A stretch of DNA of 32,000 nt from Verrucomicrobiota bacterium (lineage in GTDB: Bacteria > Verrucomicrobiota > Verrucomicrobiia > Chthoniobacterales > UBA6821): NCBI GenBank assembly GCA_008932965.1, contig WBXG01000010.1:1-32000 (forward strand). Direction: 5' to 3'. The notes under the pieces are model-generated. The model searched no databases. It saw only the letters and a program-made list of their open reading frames with translations, and was not told the origin of the DNA. Position numbers and translations under genes: made by a program. Shown piece after piece: positions 1-7,874 of the stretch. How positions within the stretch are numbered: position 1 is the first letter of the stretch; every line of letters begins with the position of its first letter.

Positions 1-263
1 CCTTGCAGTGCTAGGAATCGAGAAGCACAGCTGAGGAGTGTGCTTGTGGCACTCGACGAAGCGAGCATCACAGTGACACCGCAATGCATGACCTCAGTGC
101 CCTTCTTTAATTGGTTGCAAACCAGCTCTGAAATTCGCTGAGGGCCTTGCAGTGCTAGGAATCGAGAAGCACAGCTGAGGAGTGTGCTTATGGCACTCGA
201 CGAAGCGAGCATCGCAGTGACACCGCAATGCATGACCTCAGTAGAATTTCAGAGCTGGTTTTA
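1..263. repeat. Tandem repeat array with a 144-bp period. Core copies are 1-101 and 145-245. The array may continue left of the window. An 18-nt perfect inverted repeat (119-136 / 244-261) encloses the second core.
   Basis: Direct comparison shows the two cores differ at 2 positions (46 vs 190, 70 vs 214). aaaccagctctgaaattc at 119-136 is the exact reverse complement of 244-261. Confidence 0.9.
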
Positions 264-1661
264 GCCTGGGATATTTTTTAGGACCTCTACATTCGTCGGA
301 TATTTACGAATAAAAAAGAGGATTCGATCGATGGCTTCCAGAGGCTTGTGTCCAGCGAGTCCACGCCGGATAATATTGATTTTATGAAGATCTTCTGCTG
401 GAAGAAGAAGTTCTTCACGACGTGTTCCTGAGAGAAAAATATCGATGGCTGGATAGATACGTTGATCACTTATTTTTCGATCAAGAACAATTTCCATATT
501 TCCTGTTCCTTTGAATTCTTGAAAAATGAGATCATCCATACGACTGTTGGTCTCAATGAGGGCCGAAGCGATAATAGTTAGGGAACCAGCCTCTTCGGTG
601 TTACGAGCTGCAGCAAAGATTTTACGTGGAATTTCCATTGCCCTAGCATCCATTCCTCCACTCATGGTTCGTCCACCACCAGACATAGAATTGTTAAATG
701 CGCGTCCAATACGAGTTAGAGAATCCATCAACACAAATACATCCTTCCCTTGCTCTACAAGACGCTTTGCACGTTCAATTGCAAGCTGAGCGATACGTGT
801 ATGACTTTTTAAATCACTATCATTAGAACTTCCAAAGAGATCTGCTTGTGGAAACATACGGCGCATCTCGGTTAGCTCTTCTGGTCTTTCATCAACAAGA
901 AGAATGAGCAATTTCATCGTAGGATGATTCTTAATCACTGCATCTGCGATATGTTGTAAAAGGGTTGTTTTTCCTGTTCGAGGAGGAGCTACAATAAGAC
1001 CACGCTGTCCTTTGCCAATGGGAGTCATTAAGTCAATAATGCGTGTCGTATAACGATCTGTTACCGTTTCCAAAGCAATGCGCTCTGTAGGACTAATAGT
1101 TGTGAGCTCTTCAAAAAGGGGAAGGTTTACACATTTCTCCGGGTCTTCTCCCTCAATTTCGATGAGTTTAAAAAGTTGCCAGCCACGATGGCCTTGACGC
1201 GTCTGACCTTTGATATAAATACCATCACGAAGGTTATATTTTTTGATGACATCATAAGTCACAAAAACATCGTTAGGAGAAACATTATAAGAGCGTTTTG
1301 ATTCTCGAAGGAAACCATATCCTTTGCCTGAGAGCTCGAGCATTCCTTCAGCAAAAGTAGGTTCTGCATTTGGGTCTAATTCACCCACAGGTTCGTAATC
1401 AGCCTCCACTCTCGAATCTCTATTATAAGCGGCTTGAGGACGTGAAGGACGGTTAGGATTATTATTTAGGGGGCGATTATTGCCACGACGATTATTTCGA
1501 TAAAAGCGCCGTTGACCTTGTCTATGGCCTCCACGATGGGGACGCTCTTCTTGCGAAGGTGGTCGGTCGCCAGTGGCAGAATCATTTCTAGGAGAATGAG
1601 CAGCTGCAGGTTCAGGTGCAGAAAAATTACTGGATGTTGAAGAAGCGATATCGTCTTGCAT
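261..1661 (-). CDS. rho: Transcription termination factor Rho with an atypical disordered N-terminus
   Basis: 466-aa ORF. It has the GYGFLR RNA-binding (CSD-like) motif, Walker A APPRTGKTTLL, and is Rho-like along the whole C-terminal ATPase domain. ATG start. Confidence 0.95.
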   Translation of the reverse strand: MQDDIASSTSSNFSAPEPAAAHSPRNDSATGDRPPSQEERPHRGGHRQGQRRFYRNNRRGNNRPLNNNPNRPSRPQAAYNRDSRVEADYEPVGELDPNAEPTFAEGMLELSGKGYGFLRESKRSYNVSPNDVFVTYDVIKKYNLRDGIYIKGQTRQGHRGWQLFKLIEIEGEDPEKCVNLPLFEELTTISPTERIALETVTDRYTTRIIDLMTPIGKGQRGLIVAPPRTGKTTLLQHIADAVIKNHPTMKLLILLVDERPEELTEMRRMFPQADLFGSSNDSDLKSHTRIAQLAIERAKRLVEQGKDVFVLMDSLTRIGRAFNNSMSGGGRTMSGGMDARAMEIPRKIFAAARNTEEAGSLTIIASALIETNSRMDDLIFQEFKGTGNMEIVLDRKISDQRIYPAIDIFLSGTRREELLLPAEDLHKINIIRRGLAGHKPLEAIDRILFFIRKYPTNVEVLKNIPG

Positions 1662-1946
1662 GATTAAAATTTTGGTTAGAGGAAAAATGAATGTTTAAAG
1701 AAGGTTTCTTTGAACTGGAAATCTGTACGTAAAAAAACGTCTGCTTGGAAAAGCCGAAATAAAACTGCCAGTGTAATAAAGAATTTTGTTTGCGTTTTAA
1801 AAAAACTCACACTCACGAACACAAACGTGTCTAGGGTTAGAAAAAACAGGACTCAGCTAAAAAAGATTCACCTCAAAATAATGAGTTCACAAACTACAAT
1901 AGTTCATCAACTTCAGATAGGTCTTCAAGGCTGATAATGAATCTAG

Positions 1947-2134
1947 CTAGCCCGGATATTTCAGACTAAATTTATTAGAAGTTGCGGAAAGCTCCATGGC
2001 TACTGAGTTGGTCACGGATTGTGATTGGGGCGATAGGGACTCATACACACCAGAATCAAAATCTTTCACAGCCTTCTACTAATAAGCTTTGCACGGAGCC
2101 TCATGACGATTCAGTATAAAATATCCGGACTTAA
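1947..2134 (-). mobile_element. MITE-like palindromic element, medium class, diverged copy
   Basis: Termini are CTAG-cccggatatttcagact and cagtataaaatatccggac-TTAA. There is an internal long imperfect hairpin (gattgtgatt / aatcaaaatc). Its right half aligns with copy 16865-16955. Confidence 0.75.
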
Positions 2135-2233
2135 TTCGTTCAAGGTTTTGAGAAGAGCATTTCTCACTACTTGCAGCAAAGCCTCGATGAGACTTACCAA
2201 AGAGTCAACTCCTTTTTGAACAATTTTCAATTT

Positions 2234-2959
2234 TCATTCCTTCGTATTTTTAATTTTTTGATTCGGGCTAGTTCTTGGAACAGCATCCCATGAAGAACCG
2301 ACAGAAAGCAGGTGAAGATTGAAACCTTCCTCGTGAAAAGCTTTCTTAGCAGCCTCTGTATCAATTTGGATCTGTGGAAAAGTATTGTAGTGAACTCCCA
2401 GAACTTCCTTGGTACCTAACCATTTGGTTGCAGTAATGGCATCTTCTATTCCCATTGTAAAACGATCGCCAATGCAAAGAACGAGAAACCTGAAAGGAGC
2501 TGCAGCTGCGATGAGCTTCATATCATGGGTAAGACCTGTATCACCAGAATAGTAGAAATTCCCCTCTGTTGTTTTTACCAAAAAACCACCTGGCTGCCCA
2601 CCATAAGATCCATCTGGCATCGAACTAGAATGAAGTGCATTAGTAAGGGTAATACTTCCAAACTCAAAATTCTGGGAGCCTCCGATATTCATGCTTTCGG
2701 TTTTTTTTAAACCTTTTCTGGAAAACCATTCCATCACTTCAAAACATCCTACGAGTACAGCCCCAGAAGCATGAGCAATGACCTCCACATCGGCCACATG
2801 ATCAAAATGCCCATGAGAAATACAAATATAATCGGGTTTTAGGGTCGTAATATCGATCTTAGCTGCCAAGGGATTAGGCCTTATAAAGGGATCAAATAAC
2901 AATTTTTTTCCTGCAACCTCTACCTGGAAACAGGAGTGACCAAAATAAGTGATTTTCAT
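2234..2959 (-). CDS. Metal-dependent hydrolase, metallo-beta-lactamase fold (UPF0173-like)
   Basis: 241-aa ORF. N-terminus MKITYFGHSCF, HGHFDH metal-binding motif, family-typical length. Confidence 0.8.
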   Translation of the reverse strand: MKITYFGHSCFQVEVAGKKLLFDPFIRPNPLAAKIDITTLKPDYICISHGHFDHVADVEVIAHASGAVLVGCFEVMEWFSRKGLKKTESMNIGGSQNFEFGSITLTNALHSSSMPDGSYGGQPGGFLVKTTEGNFYYSGDTGLTHDMKLIAAAAPFRFLVLCIGDRFTMGIEDAITATKWLGTKEVLGVHYNTFPQIQIDTEAAKKAFHEEGFNLHLLSVGSSWDAVPRTSPNQKIKNTKE

Positions 2960-3017
2960 TGCAGTCTAAATTCTAAGAATAGTTGAACTGAGTGTTTGGT
3001 TTTATCTTAAAGTGTAT

Positions 3018-3116
3018 TAGCCCGAATCAACTATGTTGTCAGACTTCATCACGTGCCCTCCCCAATGAGTCTTAGCAGCCTCCTTGCGACGAACCAGTAT
3101 GAAATATACGGGTTAA
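3018..3116 (-). mobile_element. MITE-like element, short (about 95 bp) class
   Basis: Right terminus is cagtatgaaatatacggg-TTAA and the left end is a degenerate TTAG-cccgaatcaactatg. The reverse complement aligns with the left half of copy 9847-10028. Confidence 0.7.
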
Positions 3117-4657
3117 TGCTTCTTTAATCCTTCACAAATCGAATAATAATATTTTTTCAAAGGACGCATACCATCTTTTGAATAGGCCTCCTCAAGAGGT
3201 CGTACGATTAAAAAATCATTTCTTAATTCTTTGGGAGGGTAACGCCAAAGATAAATAAACAGAGCTCTACTACCCTTAGGATAGCGATCACGGTAGCTCG
3301 GCCAAAACGAAAATTGATCCTTCACATGATCAAAAGCGGGCTCGTATGTATCAGGATGACCTTTTAAATAAAAAGAGAGAAGACTTGCTGTTTGATAATT
3401 ATCCGAGATAAAAAAATTAGTTCCCTGCTCTTGAGCTAATATTTCTGCATGAAGTGCTATAGACTCTGCTCCATGAGCTCGGTCGAGTGGATCAACAGAA
3501 CCAAGATCTCTGTAGCCCTGGATGGCTTTTCCAATCCAACTACTTCCTGAGCAGGATTCCCAAGCGCTAGGAATAGGAAGATGCAGCCAAAAAGTATTAT
3601 GAAGTAAGAGTGTTTCAAGTGCTGCAATCGTGAGTGCTAGTAGAACATATTTTTTTACCCAAGGGACCTTATTTTTTAAGGCCTCCCAATTGCCCACAAG
3701 CAAAATGATACCCGCTACATAGCAGGGTGCAGGCCAATTTGGTTCTGCTGCTTTATTCAAACTTAGAAATGCATAAAATCCGAAAAGAGGAATAAAGAGT
3801 GATTGAAGAAAACGTGTTTGCTCTCGTTCTTTTGCTGCACAGTGTGGCCAGAAAACAGAAATAATTACCCCAAGGAAAATTAATGGTGAAATAACTCCGA
3901 CTTGTGCCCCAATAAAAACGAGTAATTCACTTGGCGTGATATGCCATGATTTATTGAGATCACCGCGTTGTAAAAGATGCATGACTCCTATCCATTGATG
4001 CTGGTAATTCCAAAGAATCATTGGCAGCGAGAACATCAAAGCTACTCCAATCATGATGTAGAAAGGAGCTTGCTTGAGCTGCTGGCGGCACTTCGGACTC
4101 CAGAAACAGAAAAGTGCAAAACATAACAGCTCTGAAGCATTGGTATATTTAGCGAGCATCCCTAACCCCACACACACTCCCGCAAGAATCCACCAGAGAA
4201 GATGGTGTTTTTCTTGAGCTTTCCAAAAAGCAATTGCTGCTATTGTCCAAAAGAAAATACTGATTGGATCAATCGTCATTAAAATACTCCCAACCGCGTA
4301 GAGCGGCATAAAAAGAACAACAATTAACGTCCAGAAAGCAACCTTTTCATTGTAGAGCATCGAGGCCAGGACATACAGGCCAATGCCTATGGCTGCTGAA
4401 AGCAAAACTGCAAAAAAACGGACACCAAAAACAGTATCCCCAAAAAGATGAGTGCCCAAAAAAATGGTTACTGCAGCTCCAGGTCCTTTATCGAAAAAGC
4501 TCCAATCTAAATGACGAGAGCAATACCAATAATAGGCCTCATCCCCTATTAATTCCAGTTGTGTCGCATACCAGAACCGAAAAAGAGTCACCGCAATAAT
4601 CAAGATTCCTAAGATCCACAAGCGATTGGCGGTATTAAAAAAAAATTTCTGCTGCAT
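3113..4657 (-). CDS. Family 39 glycosyltransferase (ArnT/PMT-like integral membrane protein)
   Basis: 514-aa polytopic ORF with the N-terminal GDEAYYW motif typical of GT39/ArnT-like enzymes. The stop codon lies in the TTAA flank of the MITE copy. Confidence 0.7.
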   Translation of the reverse strand: MQQKFFFNTANRLWILGILIIAVTLFRFWYATQLELIGDEAYYWYCSRHLDWSFFDKGPGAAVTIFLGTHLFGDTVFGVRFFAVLLSAAIGIGLYVLASMLYNEKVAFWTLIVVLFMPLYAVGSILMTIDPISIFFWTIAAIAFWKAQEKHHLLWWILAGVCVGLGMLAKYTNASELLCFALFCFWSPKCRQQLKQAPFYIMIGVALMFSLPMILWNYQHQWIGVMHLLQRGDLNKSWHITPSELLVFIGAQVGVISPLIFLGVIISVFWPHCAAKEREQTRFLQSLFIPLFGFYAFLSLNKAAEPNWPAPCYVAGIILLVGNWEALKNKVPWVKKYVLLALTIAALETLLLHNTFWLHLPIPSAWESCSGSSWIGKAIQGYRDLGSVDPLDRAHGAESIALHAEILAQEQGTNFFISDNYQTASLLSFYLKGHPDTYEPAFDHVKDQFSFWPSYRDRYPKGSRALFIYLWRYPPKELRNDFLIVRPLEEAYSKDGMRPLKKYYYSICEGLKKH

Positions 4658-4715
4658 GAAAATAATAAGAAAATTTATAGTAACAGTATTTCAAATGATG
4701 ACGATTCAATTGATT

Positions 4716-5327
4716 TTAGAGTGAATAATCTCCTCGATTCATGAGTGCTCGTTGCAATGTGACTGCATCAGCCTGTTCGACTCCACTTCCAGCAGAGAGA
4801 CCTTGAGCAAGACGTGTTATTTTGATGCTCCAAGGAGCTATCATTTCTGCTAAATAATGAGCTGTTGCCTCTCCTTCAACATCTCCACTGAGTGCCAAGA
4901 TAATTTCCGAGGGTCGCTCCACATGAAGACGATCCATCAGTTCGGTAATACGCAGTTGCTCTGGACCAATACCATCAAGGGGAGAGAGCTTTCCTCCAAG
5001 AGCATGATACCGTCCGTGAAATGCACCTGTTCGCTCCAATGGTAAAATATCAGTCACCCTCTCAACAATGCAAAATTCTTTTCCGGATCGCGTTTCATCA
5101 GCACAGAGAGAACAGATTTTTTGTTCTGAGAAAAAACCACATTGTTCACATGATTGACAATGTTGAGTAGCATTATGAATTGCTTCAGCTAAAGCCTTTG
5201 GATGAGCATGAGGAGAACGTAACATCCAAAGTGCAATCCGCTCTGCACCACGAGGACCAATACTAGGAAGACGACGTAGTTGACGCGTCAACTCACAAAA
5301 GGATTCAGGATAATCAAGAAGCGGCAC
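4716..5327 (-). CDS. recR: Recombination protein RecR
   Basis: 203 aa. HhH segment LPSIGPRGAERIA, C4 zinc finger CQSCEQCG...CSLC, Toprim-like CIVERVTDILPLE. GTG start. Confidence 0.93.
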   Translation of the reverse strand: MPLLDYPESFCELTRQLRRLPSIGPRGAERIALWMLRSPHAHPKALAEAIHNATQHCQSCEQCGFFSEQKICSLCADETRSGKEFCIVERVTDILPLERTGAFHGRYHALGGKLSPLDGIGPEQLRITELMDRLHVERPSEIILALSGDVEGEATAHYLAEMIAPWSIKITRLAQGLSAGSGVEQADAVTLQRALMNRGDYSL

Positions 5328-5463
5328 AAGAAATGGAAAGTAGAGGTGAAAGGCAGAGATATTTCATGAGAGGCTTTTTTATTAAAAAAGGGGAATCGAA
5401 ATTTGGCGAAATTTGGAATAATACTACGTTTGTAGGATGATTCATAGGCCTTCATTCTAAACG

Positions 5464-6753
5464 TTATTCTGAAAATAAAGAGAGCGCCTCTTTCAAAATA
5501 GATTTCTTCGACATGTTGAGATCATCCCCCTTCTGAGCTCGATCGATTTTTTCTAAATAAAGATCTAAAGCCATATCAGGAATACCTAAAATGGGTGCAG
5601 ATTTGAATGACTCGATCGCTTTTCCCCATTCTTGGGAACGAAAAAAAAGGACTCCTAGCCAAAATAAATCACGACTCCGTTCTCTCTCAATGGAAAGATT
5701 ATTTTTTGCAGCTAACACTTCATAAAGCTCTACTCGATGCTGCACACCGTGACATACAAGCGAATCAATTGGTCGAAACTCTGCTATGGTCTCTGCCATC
5801 TCATAGGTATGAGGTCCCACTAAAATACGACATCCATAGCTCACGCATGCAGCACACAAGTAGTGTGCAAAATCAACTACGGGTCCTGCGACACTAAACT
5901 GATTGAAATGCGGCCCCCCATACAGAGCTGCAATCATCTCACCAGAATGTACTCCTATTCGGAAATCAAGACGTTGTTGCCAGCGGGCATCGCATTCAAC
6001 ATTGAGTTCGTCAAGACGCTTTGCAAGATCAAGAGCAACGCGGGTCGCTTTGGCACCGTGATTAATCGGTCCATCTATAGGAAGCGGCACACCAAAGAGA
6101 ACACGAATACTTTCTCCGGAGCATTCCTCGAGATAACCACCCACATCGACTAAAAAATTGGAAGCGACCTGTAAATAAAGATTGGCCATTGCAACGTATG
6201 CTTCAGGACTTAAGACTTCCATAAGTGCTGCATGATTCTTGAGCGAACAGACTAAAATACTTCCATTTTTCAACTCCCCTAAAAACGAAACGGACACCTT
6301 GCTTTTACAAAGTTTACTTATGAGGTGGCGATGCAAGCGATGTTGAAAAATCCGTCGTACCTTTTGATTCCTGGATCCTAAAGTAGTCGGAAGGAATAAA
6401 AATACCATGAGATAGCCTCCTCCAAGTGCCAACTCTGAAGGAAATGGATTCCAATAAAAATGATATAAAGCCATCACAAGGCTTCCAGAAATGATTAGCA
6501 GGGCTGATATCACAAATAAAATCATTCTCTCCCTGTGGGTGCTGAGCTCCAGCCCTATTTGAACCGTTACGTAGGCAATAAATAAAACAATGATCCCTTG
6601 GACTAGTTCAGGAACCAACAGGTAATCAGGGGTTATATGCAAGAAGACTTTCCACCACTTATCCCATGGAATCATCCACCCACTCATAGTAACTACAAAA
6701 ATAAGTCCTATTGTGAGACTCCCTAATACAAATGTTGATTTAATATTCCTCAT
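5464..6753 (-). CDS. Membrane-anchored class III adenylate/guanylate cyclase domain protein
   Basis: N-terminal transmembrane helices, then a cyclase-like core (RIGVHSGEMIAALYGG, VLFGVP) and a C-terminal TPR-like tail. I chose the ATG at 6753; the ORF track TTG is at 6759. Confidence 0.7.
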   Translation of the reverse strand: MRNIKSTFVLGSLTIGLIFVVTMSGWMIPWDKWWKVFLHITPDYLLVPELVQGIIVLFIAYVTVQIGLELSTHRERMILFVISALLIISGSLVMALYHFYWNPFPSELALGGGYLMVFLFLPTTLGSRNQKVRRIFQHRLHRHLISKLCKSKVSVSFLGELKNGSILVCSLKNHAALMEVLSPEAYVAMANLYLQVASNFLVDVGGYLEECSGESIRVLFGVPLPIDGPINHGAKATRVALDLAKRLDELNVECDARWQQRLDFRIGVHSGEMIAALYGGPHFNQFSVAGPVVDFAHYLCAACVSYGCRILVGPHTYEMAETIAEFRPIDSLVCHGVQHRVELYEVLAAKNNLSIERERSRDLFWLGVLFFRSQEWGKAIESFKSAPILGIPDMALDLYLEKIDRAQKGDDLNMSKKSILKEALSLFSE

Positions 6754-6902
6754 GAACAATGGAGTTTTCTAAGCAGATAGCAGAAATTTTTTCAGAATAG
6801 TCAGGGAATATGAATCATGACAATATTGAAAAAAATAGAAATATTCATACTAGTCTATTTTGATGAATAGAGTAACATTCAACTTCTTCGACCCAAAATT
6901 TC

Positions 6903-7853
6903 ATGACTAAAAAATCTTCTCGGCCTATTAGCGTTGTTACAGGAGGTGCTGGCTTCCTTGGTTCTCACTTGACTGATCGACTTCTTGAAGAAGGCCATGA
7001 TGTCATCGTTATTGATAATTTTATCACTGGAAGTCCTCATAATCTTGAGCATCTTGCTGAAAATATTCATCTCAAGTTTATTCGACACGATGTTACTGAA
7101 TATATTTTTGTTCCAGGGCCCGTCCACTATGTATGGCATTTTGCAAGTCCAGCTAGTCCCATTGATTACCTTGAACTCCCGATTCCTACATTAAAAGTCG
7201 GTTCTCTTGGAACCCACAATGCACTAGGACTCGCTCGTGAGAAAAAGGCAGCATTCCTTCTTGCATCGACCTCGGAAACTTATGGCGATCCTCTCATCCA
7301 TCCTCAAACAGAAGATTATTGGGGTAATGTCAATCCCGTCGGCCCACGCGGAGTCTATGATGAAGCCAAGCGTTTTGCAGAAGCAATGACAATGGCCTAT
7401 CATACGTTTCATGGAATGGATACAAAGATTGTTCGTATTTTTAACACCTACGGTCCTCGTATGCGTTTACGTGATGGACGTGTTGTACCAACATTTATTG
7501 GTCAAGCACTCACCAACCAATCACTAACTATTTTTGGGGATGGGAGTCAAACACGCAGCTTTTGTTATGTCTCTGACCTCATTGATGGAATTTATCGGCT
7601 CATGATGAGCGAATATCATCATCCAGTAAACATTGGTAATCCGCGCGAGATGACAATTAAAGAATTTGGTGAAGCAATTTTAAAATTGATCGAAACAACT
7701 TCTGCCATGGAATTTAAACCACTCCCAATCGACGACCCCAAAGTGCGCCAACCTGATATTACACGCGCTAAAACTATTTTAAAATGGGAACCTAAAATTG
7801 ATTTTGAAGAGGGAATACAAGAGACAATTCATTACTTCCGTTCAAAGATTTAG
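6903..7853 (+). CDS. UDP-glucuronate decarboxylase (UDP-xylose synthase) / extended SDR
   Basis: 316 aa. Rossmann motif [12 protein letters not shown], catalytic YDEAKR, UXS-like throughout. Confidence 0.88.
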   Translation: MTKKSSRPISVVTGGAGFLGSHLTDRLLEEGHDVIVIDNFITGSPHNLEHLAENIHLKFIRHDVTEYIFVPGPVHYVWHFASPASPIDYLELPIPTLKVGSLGTHNALGLAREKKAAFLLASTSETYGDPLIHPQTEDYWGNVNPVGPRGVYDEAKRFAEAMTMAYHTFHGMDTKIVRIFNTYGPRMRLRDGRVVPTFIGQALTNQSLTIFGDGSQTRSFCYVSDLIDGIYRLMMSEYHHPVNIGNPREMTIKEFGEAILKLIETTSAMEFKPLPIDDPKVRQPDITRAKTILKWEPKIDFEEGIQETIHYFRSKI

Positions 7854-7874
7854 AAAAACTAGCATTAGCTTTTT

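Noticed and set aside
31-60. Hammerhead-ribozyme-like core in the repeat units: CUGAGGA, a hairpin, then CGACGAA. The second family has CAGAUGA, a hairpin, then GAGAAGUC at about 16533-16568.
   Set aside because: In the first family, 3 extra nucleotides separate stem II from the GAA box. In the second family the invariant U4 is an A. I could not build stems I and III with a proper cleavage triplet. Only an Infernal search with Rfam hammerhead models could revive this idea.
526-789. Shadow ORFs nested in or antisense to strong genes. Examples are 526-789, 2525-2710, 4857-5045, 5607-6153, 6879-7139, 7798-8127, 13068-13306, 14186-14428, 22648-22935, 23293-23592, 23890-24747, 26212-26452, 30310-31304 and 31659-31955.
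   Set aside because: Each overlaps a CDS with clear family motifs in another frame or on the other strand, and none has recognisable motifs of its own.
1710-1934. A 74-aa basic ORF on the plus strand upstream of rho.
   Set aside because: It lies in the A-rich rho leader region on the opposite strand. Its K/R/N-rich composition reflects base composition. There is no RBS or motif support.
5355-5372. agatatttcatgagagg resembles the TIR core atatttcatac.
   Set aside because: It is a 9-10 nt match in AT-rich intergenic DNA with no flanking CCGG/YTAR and no partner, so I consider it chance.
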